A stretch of 64,000 nucleotides of DNA from Spirogloea muscicola (taxonomy: Eukaryota). Shown piece by piece: positions 51,511 through 60,995 of the stretch. The DNA lies in contig WELB01000005.1 of assembly GCA_009602725.1 (NCBI GenBank), positions 246,783 to 310,782 on the forward strand. The letters run 5' to 3'. The number at the start of each line of letters is the position of its first letter. The stretch's first letter is position 1. The notes under the pieces are model-generated. The model saw only the letters and a list, made by a program, of their open reading frames with translations. It ran no database searches and was not told the DNA's origin. The position numbers were made by a program, and so were the translations under genes.

Positions 51511-54230
51511 CTCCCACTAAATATGTGAATCAGCCGAACCTAGCAAACTTCTACATCTATCATACTTGGGCTTAGGCAAGCCCTTGGTCAGAAAATCTGC
51601 AGTCATATCTGCTGTACTACAGTACTGCATCTTGATGACTCCTTCGTCTACCTTCTCTCGGATGAAATGATGTTGTATCTCTATATGCTTAGTACGAGCA
51701 TGATAGACAGGATTCTTAATCAAAGCCATGCTACCTTGATTATCACTGAACAAATTGCTTGCACTCGATGAAGAAAGAAATCCACATTCTTGTAGTAGTC
51801 TCCTCAGCCAGGTTGCTTCTTTTGCTGCTGCAGTCGTTGCCATGTACTCCGCTTCTACAGTTGAAGTCGCCACAGTCTGCTGTTTCCTACTACTCCAACT
51901 GACTGCTCCTGCTCCCAACTCGAAGGCATAACCTGTTACTGACCTTCTATCATCCAGACTGCCTGCCCAGTCGGCATCACAGAATCCTACCAGTTCATCA
52001 GATGTATCTCCTGTATGTCTAAATGTCAAGCACAGGTTCTTGCTTCCCTGCAGATATCGCATGATCCTCTTGACAGCTTGCCAATGTTCACAACCAAAAT
52101 CTTGAACAAACCGAGCAACCACTCCCACTGCTGCTGCTATGTCTGGACGTGCTGCCACAGCTATGTACATTAAACATCCCAATGCCTCCCTGTAAGGCAC
52201 CTGTGCCATCTTTTATCTGTCTTGATTTGTCTTGGGTCCCTGATTTTTGCTCAAAGTCTGTTTTGTATCCTGTGGAGTAGAGATAGGATTGCAGTCTTGC
52301 ATACCAAATCTGTCCAAGACTTTAGTTATGTACTTTGACGAACTCAAGGTCAATATCTTCCTGCTTCTATCTCTCTTGACCTGGATACCCAAAAAGTATT
52401 CCAAGGGCCCAGATCCTTCATCTTGAATCTACTACTCTTGCTCTTGCTCTTGCTTTACTCTTTTCACTTCAGTAGCTGAGTCTCCCAGAAAAATCAGATC
52501 ATCAACATACAGTGCCAGAACCACTTCGGCAGGTTTCTTCCTCACATACACACTGTGATCAGCCTCAGATCTCTTGAAACCTTGGTTCACTAGAAAAGTA
52601 TCAATCTGTGCATACCAGGCCTGGGCGCCTGTTCAAGTCCATACAGTGCTTTCCTCAGCCTGCACACTTTACTCTCCTTGCCTTTGACTTCAAAAACTGC
52701 AGGCTGTTGCATGTAGATCTCTTCCTGGAGATCGCCATTCAAGGACGCTGTGGTGACGTCCATCTGTTCTCCTTCTAAATTACGAATAGCTGCCATAGCC
52801 AGCAAACTTCTGACAGCACTAAAACTGGAGCAAATGTCTCGTTGTAATCAATCCCTTCCTTCTGAGCACAACCTTTGGCCACAAGGCGTGCTTTATATCG
52901 ATCTACAGACCCATCGCCCTTCAGTTTGATCTTGAATACCCATTTGCTGGGTATCGCTTTCCTGCCAACAGGTAACTCTACCAAATCCCAAGTTTCTTTA
53001 ACCAATCTAGCTCTGCCTCTGCTGCTGCTTTCCACTTGAGTGCTGCATCGCTACTCATAGCCTCTTGCATTGTGAGAGGCTCATGTAACACTACAGCAGC
53101 AAAAGCACGAACATCTGTCCTAGATACTCCCAACGTAGCAGTAGTTTCTTCCAGATCATCACCTCCTGTCCTTGCTTCCACTCCATTGCCAGATTCCCTG
53201 CCTCCACAGTAGCCACAATGTCAGGCTCTTGAGATACAGGCCACCATTGCACTCCTCCCACTTTCTCAGATGGCCATAACAGGAAAGCAGAATAGTCTGG
53301 GCTTCTCTGTTCATCAAACACTACATCTCTGCTGAACACCATCCTCCTGTTCTCAAGATCAAACAACTTCCACGCTATCACGTGTTCACCATATCCTACC
53401 ATGACACACTGACGAGCCTTTGATTGCAACTTGTGTCTCATCTCAGTAGGAACATGCACCCACGCAGAACAACCAAATACCCTACGGTGGGCAACTGTAG
53501 GTCTCTTTCCAGTCCAGAACTCCTGTGGCGTCGTGTCTTTTACTGCACTAGTAGGCATTCTACTCTTCAGATAAACAGCCGTTGCGACTGCTTCAGCCCA
53601 AAATCTTGATGGTGTATAAGAATGAAATATTAAGCACCTTGCAATCTCCATAACGGATCTATTGCAACTTTCCGCCACACCGTCCTGTTGAGGACGACGA
53701 TAGGTTGCTGTCAATTGCCTGTGTATACCCTGTTGTTGACAGAACTGTTCAAACTCTCTAGAAGTATATTCTCCACCATTATCAGATCTAAGAGCCTTGA
53801 GCTTCTTCCCTGTCTGCAACTCCACTGCAGCTTTGAAACGCATGAACTTCTCCAGCACCTCAATCTTGTTTTTCAGAAAATATACCTTGCTCCATTGGCT
53901 GGCATCATCAATGAAGGACAAAATATATCTGCTGCCCCCTAAAGAAGGTATCTGCATAGGACCACAGACATCATAATGCACCAGCTCCAGAAGTGAAGAA
54001 GCTCTATAGTGCTCACCAGCAAGCGGTTGTTGAAGATGGAGATTTCCCTGAACACAGCTCCGAAAAAAATCAGACTCAACATCTTGTGCAAGAGTATCTA
54101 CTCCGTGCACCATACTCTACAGCTTCTTCATCCGCTGAACATTGGGATGTCCCAGTCGAGCATGCCGTTGCTCAAACGTGTTTTTGTCAGACTCAGAAAC
54201 CATTACCCTGCCCTGAACCTGCATCTGTTT

Positions 54231-55402
54231 CTGAATGAAGATCAGTTTGCAGGATGGAACAGGAATCCTCTGTACCCTAGAACTTGCTTCTACTGCCGTG
54301 AACCTGGTCATGTGATCAACGACTGTCCCAAGAAGAAGGCTCTGGGATCTGGTGGCAATAGTAGAAGAGGCAGAGGCAGCTATGCTGAGGGAGAAGCACA
54401 CTTGTCCAGACAATCTGACAGGTCGAATTGTGATAGCTGGCTGATCGATAGTGGCGCGTCTCACCATCTCACTTACAGGCGGGATTGGCTCCAGAATAAC
54501 CAATCTGTTCCGGCTTTCAAGATTCAACTGGGTAATTATTGTGTGCAGCCTGCTGAAGGAAAAGGACAAGTGCAGCTGCAAGTGCCTAACCTCCATGGCA
54601 CTGAGACACAACATCTGACGAATGTATATCATGCTCCTGGGTTGGCGTCCAATCTCCCAGCTCTTAGACCAGGGCTATCAAGTTGTTTTGGACAGAGATA
54701 TCTGTATTATCACGCGATCTGGTGTTCCCACTCTGACAGGGCGCAGGTCAGGAGATCTGTTTACCTTGCCCTGAACCTGCATCTGTTTCTGCACCTGCAT
54801 CTGTTTCTGCACCTGATTCTGTATTCCCACAGCCTGTACTTGCACCTGTCCGTTCAGAGTAAAAGATCTCCTGACCTGCGCCCTGTTAAAGTGGGAACAC
54901 CAGATCGCGGGATAATACAGAAATCTCTGTCGGAAACAACTTGATAGCCCTGGTCTAAGAGCTGGGAAACAGATAGAAGATTGGACGCCAAAGCAGGGGC
55001 ATGATATACATTCGTCAGATGTTGTGTCTCAGTGCCATGGAGGGTAGGCACTTGCAGCTGCACTTCTCCTTTTCCCACAGCAGGCTGCACACTATCATCA
55101 CCCAGATGAATCTTGAAATCCGGAACAGATTGATTATTATGGAGCCAATCCGGCCTGTAAGTGAGATGGTGAGACGCGCCACTATCGTTCAGCCAGCTAT
55201 CATAATTCGACCTGTCAGATTGTCTGGACAAGTGTGCTTCTCCCTCGGCATAGCTGCCTCTGCCTCTTCTACTATTGCCACCAGATCCCAGAGCCTTCTT
55301 CTTGGGACGGTAGTTGATCATATGACCAGGTTCACGGCAGTAGAAGCAAGTTCTAGGGTACAGAGGATTCCTGTTACATCCTGCAAACTGATCTTTACTC
55401 AG
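54231..55402. repeat. Inverted duplication of the Copia zinc-knuckle/protease region (arms ~54231-54764 and ~54858-55402)
   Basis: The same peptide (CFYCREPGH..KKKALGSGGNSRRGRGSYAEGEAH..DSGASHHLTY..HLTNVYHAP) reads on + at 54284-54650 and on - at 55350-54985. Confidence 0.92.
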
Positions 55403-56214
55403 ACGACTACTACCACCAGTCCCGCTCCGAGGACTGCGAGCAACAGTCTGCTTTGAAGCCTCGTTTGATTCAAGTCGTGTCGAAGGTCTTGCTCAGATTG
55501 GCGTCTAGCCAGCAGCGCTGCCTGTGCACCTGTGAGAGAGCCTATCAGAAAACCTGTCAGCGAACCTGTGTTCAGAGAGCCTGTTGGAGGTCCTATCGGA
55601 TATCCTGTCAGAGACCCTGTCAGAAGTCGGTGTTGCTCCTCCAATGCTCGCTCCTTATGAAGGAGGCGAGCCAGCACATATTCTACAGTCAGTTCGTCGG
55701 CGCTGACAATGTATCTCTGACAGTATCATATGCAGGCGGGAGCCCATAAGTATGGCAAGAACTAGGAATCGGACTGGAACCTCCTCTCCAATGTCGTGCA
55801 ACTGAAGGGCCAATGAGTTCTACTCTGCTTACAAATGCTTGGATGGGCTCATCCTCCTCCTTTCTGCACTCGCGCAAGCGCATGCTGAGGTAGTAAGCCC
55901 TGTCAGTTCCGCGGTTCTCAAACTTGTTCTTGAGATACTCCCAGATGCCACTGGCCAGAGACAGGTTGACAACGCCTATCACCTCTTCATCAGCCAGATC
56001 TGCTGCAAAAATTGCTGGGGCTACAACATTCTCAAGAGAGAAGGGCCGACAAAGCCCTCGATCAGCTGGAAGCTCTACAGCATCCCAGACATTTTGAAAC
56101 TGAAGCAGCTTCTTCATTTTATGCTTCCAGACTAACCAGTTGGTATCTCTGGCTAGCTTGGAAGTCAGAACAGGGAGCGAACCTAGGGAACCCCCAAGGG
56201 GTGGGCCCAGGTCC

Positions 56215-56575
56215 TGTTGGAATACCTGGGCTGACTGCTCCTGTATCTGCTCCTGTACCTGTTCCTGTCTGTTGTAGTCAGTGTTCCTAGATTGTTCCTT
56301 CCGCCAGTTGAAGTCCTCCATCGGACGTTGCCCTTGTCTACGGGCCCAGCAAATCGCCCTCAACGCGGCGGCACAGATGCAGATGCGCTCATGGCGCCAG
56401 ACAGATTCAGATCTCAGACAGTCAGTCAGACTGACAGCACAGGCTCCGCCCTCACCCAAGGTGGGTGGCAGCCATGGCTAGGGCGCACGGGCGCACCGCG
56501 TGGCCTCAGATGTGAGGAGTAAACCCGATGGGTGGCCGAGGCCTCCCTTATCCAGGGCAGTCTCTCACGGCCCAA
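56215..56575 (-). repeat. Copia 5' LTR, truncated
   Basis: Matches 51091-51449 with scattered substitutions, then switches abruptly to a CRE-like terminus at ~56576. Confidence 0.88.
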
Positions 56576-58340
56576 AGAAGAAGTGGCTCTCCCAATGGGG
56601 GCAAGGGCTGTGAGAAGCCAGCCCGAAAAGAATTGACAAGGTTCGAAGGGGCCAAACTACGAGCTAAGTAGCAACTGTGGGAGAGAGAGAGAGAGAGGTC
56701 CATAGCCAGCGCGCTGCACCTCCGTGCCGGACGAGCCCTCGCTGCTGCTTCTGGCCCTAGCCAGGAAATATCGTGTATTTGAAACAAACGAAGGCCAAAT
56801 GGCCAAGTACAAAGGCAAGCACATCTTAAGACCTACATAACCCACAGTAGATTGACCCGCTCAGAAACCACGGGTCAAAACATAAGGTCGCTAACCGATG
56901 CCTGGATACTAGATGGCAGATACGAAGCCCTTCTGCCACCAACTAGAGCTCGCCCAGCTTTCTGGTGCAAAGCACTAGCCTGAGCACGCTGCAAACAGGC
57001 CGAAACTCGTCGTCGCAACAACGACAGATAGGCAGCTGGCAAGCCCATCTCAGCCGGGAACACATCTGCATGTCGTGTGTAGCCTAGATTGGCTATGTTT
57101 TGAAGGAGAGTAAGGAAACGAGGACCTAAGCAGCCAAAGATGTCGATTGCCGCTGGCAAGAGCTGATCACATCGGGGGTAATCGGAGTAGTGCTGCAACT
57201 TTCTTTGTTCAGCACTGCCCACTGCGTGGCCAGCAATGTGTGTCGATGCTGGACCTTTATAGGCCTCCGTAATCACAATATCGACCAAAGCCCTTGGTCC
57301 TCCACCAGGTTGCACGCCCACAATGTCAAGTGTGCGGCGATGATGACGTCCCTGGGCATCCGTGGTGATAGGCATGATGTTGTTCACTTCCACGACCGCA
57401 CGGTACCTGGCGTCGCGCATCAAACCCGCCAGAGCATCACGGAGGAGGTTGTGGATGCCCACCACTTCTGGTCCAGTGGGGCATCGCAGCATGTGAGTGG
57501 CGAGCTCAGCACTCTCTGCACGGAAGCCGCACTCACACTGGCGCACCCCAATCAGGCAGTTAGGTGGGAGGCCGAGGAAGATTTGATGCAACGTTTGAAA
57601 GGCCTCGGAGCTGATGCTGAAGGCGCTGGCCGCGGCGTGTGAGGTGATCCAGAGCCAGGGGACCCACTTCCAGGAGCCAAGTTTCTCTGACTTGAGGCTG
57701 CTTAGCAGGGATTCCTTCTGCATCGTCTCGTGTCTAGCTGTGTAATCTTCCTCTTCGGCACCTTCGGCTCATTTGGCTCTTTGGTTCTTGTCCACTCTTT
57801 TTGGGCTGGCCTTTGCCAGCCCCTCTTCTCTATGGGCTAGCAATTTCTTCTGCTCATCTGCCGCCAAGCCTTGCCCTAGCGTTCACTCGTGGATACTGAG
57901 CATCCATCTGCATCATTTCGTGTCCTGGTGTGTAGATTTCCTTTTCGGCACCGTGTGGCCTTTGGATATTGTCCATTCTTTTCTGGCTGGCTTTGCTAGC
58001 CCCTCTTTTTTCAATGGGCCGCAAATGTTCCTGGCATTGGCGCACAGCCCCTACCTGCAAAATGGGCCAGACAGCTCGCTCCAAGGAACAACGTCAGCCT
58101 TTGCCTGACCGCGCATAAGGATGCGGAGGGCCAAGACCATCGCTCTCCACTAATGGCTAATGGCTTCCGTGGTGGTTGTTTGGCGCCTCAGTATAGCTTG
58201 TCAGATATGCATGTGCTCACTCGGGGATATTCAGTGTCCCCCTTAGCCAGCATTACCAGTTAACAGGACATTTGTAAGGCTAGAATTGGCCTCCCTTTCA
58301 ATTTCATGCGCACCGTGCGCCTTCTCTCCACTGGAAGAGT
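56576..58340. mobile_element. CRE-like fragments, including an uninterrupted 282-aa zinc-knuckle/RLE ORF (56875-57723, -)
   Basis: CECG..HMLRCPTG..HNLLRD..RRTLDIV..LVDIVI..AEQRKLQHY..IDIFGCLG..LQRAQASAL; additional 3'-end fragments on + (57760-58340, e.g. SLSDMHVLTRGY). Confidence 0.85.
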
Positions 58341-58689
58341 CTTTCTCTCGCCAGGACCTAGCAAGTCCAGTCTCTCGCTCTGACTTGTTGCCGACCTTGT
58401 GCCGCTGCTTCCGCCGCTGCCACCGCTGCCGCCGCTGCTACATCAGCAGGCTTCTCGGACCGTGCCAAGAGGGCGCGGGCGGGGGCCACCTAGCGGGCCA
58501 GTCGCTTGAGAGCCTTACCCCGATAAGACTCTGTTCAACAGCACATAAAGTGGCTTACTTCCAAGACAAGCGTTCTTTCTTAAAAGAACTATCGAACATT
58601 TAAGGCCTGTAGAGCCTACATTTGTGTCACTTGCGTGACTGTAGATGTCTTGGTGCATTGTGTGACTGTATCAAGTGCATCTTGGAGTA

Positions 58690-58845
58690 CACTTGTTACT
58701 GCTATTCCATTCTTGCTACCGACACTAGGTTACTGCTACTCTCTTCTTGCTACCGACACTTGTTACTGCTGCTCTGCTCTTGCTATGGACACTTCTTACT
58801 GCTACTCTGTTGTTGCTACCGACACTTGGTCACTGCTACTCTGAT
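58690..58845. repeat. Degenerate ~33-bp tandem repeat
   Basis: GCTACCGACACTTGTTACTGCTACTCT-like unit repeated about five times. Confidence 0.7.
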
Positions 58846-58854
58846 CCTGTGACC

Positions 58855-60010
58855 CATGATAAGCCAAGCTAAGATTTTGTCCCACCTTTCCATGCCTCTG
58901 TGGAGACTTTACTTGGTCAGACCACGTTTGATGGTCTGTACCACACGTTCTGCATAATTATCGGCCTTTGGATGGTCGCGTGAAGTGAGTCGAGGGTCAA
59001 TGGAGGCCTGATCAAGCAAACGCTAAAAATCACCCTGAAATTCAGTTCCTTGATCAGTGGTTACTTTGGCGCAAGCTCCATGTCGAGACAACGCCTGTTC
59101 CAAAGAAGAGCCTGAAAATCAGTTCCTTGATCAGTCGGTACTTCGGCGCAAGCTCCAAATCGAGACAACACCTGTTCCAAAGAAGAGCCTGAAAGTCAGT
59201 TCCTTGAATAGTGGGTACTTCGATGCAAGCTCCAAATCGAGACAACACCTGTTCCAAAGAAGCTCCGCAACGTATGCACTAGGCTTTCCAGGGATAATCG
59301 ATACATATGCACTAGGCTTTACAGAATGTCAAAGCGAATATATTCGTCTGGTTTCTGTCCCCATTTTCTACTTTATGGACGTCATCCACTCATTCCCATT
59401 AGTCTCCATTCTGTGAAAGCGGAAGTGAAAGCGGTTGCAGACCTTGATGATCCCAACATGTGGCTGAGCATTTGTGTTGAGGGTGGTATTTTGTTCATAT
59501 ATGCCTATTACAGTGGACAACTTGCTCATTGCTCAACATCGTGATACACAACAATGTGCCACCATACGAAGTGGTGGGTACAAGCCGAAACCTTCGACAA
59601 CTGATGTAGGTGACTACGTCTGCCGTGAGGTCACCCCCTCAAGATTGCTTGGATGCTTCTGCACGTCCGTTCACATACAAGATTGTTGGTAATAGCTCTT
59701 CAGGTGTGATTCGTCCTCAAGGTCCTGTGACGGGAAATTCTTGACAATGTTCAGAATGGTTTCCCGTGGCATCTTAGTAACATCGACTGTACATAATAAT
59801 GGGTATCCATGCATATGTCGTGCAAAATCTGCCGTCAAGGTGTTTAACCTGGGTTAAGCTCTTGTGTTATAAATGCAATAGAGGGTGGCGTATTTTCTGC
59901 CTAACACCACCGCTCACCAGTGTACCTACAGATGACTGGTTTTGCAGAATCTAGCCGGGTGCAGATCCAACTCCTCAGCCAATGACAGGACTCGCGATTG
60001 GGGGGGGAGC
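58855..60010. mobile_element. Ty3/Gypsy integrase remnant with C-terminal PHD finger, internally inverted
   Basis: Minus strand 59260-58855: SRFGACIEVPT.., TDQGTEFQGDF*..TSRDHPKADNYAERVVQTIKRGL. Plus strand 59320-59950: SGFCPHFLLYGRHP, NLLIAQHRD..RSGGYKPK..VGDYV, LLCYKCNRGWRIFCLTPPLTSVPTDDWFC. A G-run at ~60000 resembles a PPT. Confidence 0.75.
59040..59260. repeat. Three tandem ~78-bp copies of an integrase segment
   Basis: TCAGTTCCTTGA..GTACTTCGGCGCAAGCTCCAAATCGAGACAACACCTGTTCCAAAGAAG repeated three times. Confidence 0.8.
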
Positions 60011-60044
60011 AAAACATTTTGTTCGGTACAAGTTATTGCGGCCG

Positions 60045-60675
60045 CTGACTCGGGGTCACTAAGCTCCCATCCGCTGTATTCTCTTGCATAGCGATGTGGT
60101 ATTGGCGCCGCTCGGCCCGTTGGACCTTGTACATTCTCTGGGCTGGCCTCACACAGCCATTGCCTTACTTTACAAGAGCTGTTTCTTTCCTTTTAGTTAC
60201 GCACCATGTCATCTATTCCTACTTTCTACTCTATTGTGCCAATGCTTTGCTTGATTGATACCTACGCAAGCTAATATCTCAATTTTTCGCTAACTTCCTT
60301 CTTTGTTTTGCTCTGCTTGCTAGGTAGAACCGCTGACGCGTCAATCAAGTCGCTACAACCTGCCCATGACGTAGTATTGCAAATGAAAGACGCCCTGTGG
60401 CATGACACATCCTTGCATATCTGTCGTTCTTGCGAGGACAAGTTTCGGCCTATTTGCAGCGTGCTCAGGCTAATGCTTTGCACCAGAAAGCTGAGCGAGC
60501 TCTAGTTGGTGGCAGAAGGGCTTCGTACCTGCCATCTAGTATTTAGGCATCGATTAGCGACCTTTATGTTTTGACCCTTGGTTACTGAGCGGGTCAATTT
60601 ACTGTTGGTTATGTAGGTCTTCAGATGTGCTTGCCTTTGTACTTGGCCATTTGGCCTTCGTTTGTTTCAAACACG
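60045..60675 (+). mobile_element. CRE-like 3'-end fragments upstream of the glycosyltransferase
   Basis: 60410-60675 (LQRAQANALHQKAERALVGGRRASYLPSS + 3' UTR) is an inverted close relative of 56780-57040; 60045-60165 carries the terminal motif. Confidence 0.75.
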
Positions 60676-60995
60676 AATTTTCTTGTAGGTAAAGCTTTTT
60701 ATCTGTAAAGTATCGTCATTCATTACCCTGTTAAGCTGGGCTCTCGTCAGTTATCGCCGTTCTGATTATGGACGCCGCACCATGGCAGATTGACGGCTTC
60801 TAGCCGTAACGGTACCACGGCCATGGCCGTCGCCGCCGCGCGCACGCCGCCGCCGCCGCCGCCGCCGCCGGCGGCAGGGCTCTCTTGCGGGCGGCGACTC
60901 GACGCCTCCCCTCCTCCCTGGTGGAGCACACCGGTGCCTCCGGCTCGTCGCCCTCCCGCACGCTTGGCGCCCGCCCGCTGCTCCCCGCCGCCACC

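Larger units (their letters stand above)
51091..56575 (-). mobile_element. Ty1/Copia LTR retrotransposon, decayed, 5' LTR truncated
   Basis: Gag (WLVWKHKM), zinc knuckle, protease DSGASHH, HARLGH pre-integrase, integrase (LRSDNGGEY, FWAEAV), RT ([16 protein letters not shown]) and RNase H (DADWAG, RTKHIEIQHHFIRE) in Copia order. PPT AGTGGGAG precedes the 3' LTR. Frameshifts and stops present. Confidence 0.95.

Noticed and set aside
54009..54944. 311-aa plus-strand ORF inside the Copia element as an antisense gene
   Set aside because: Explained by the inverted duplicate of the gag-protease segment.
4160..60675. Recurrent ~20-40-bp motif resembling CRISPR repeats
   Set aside because: Irregular spacing, both orientations, no unique spacers or cas genes, and attached to retroelement C-terminal coding sequence.
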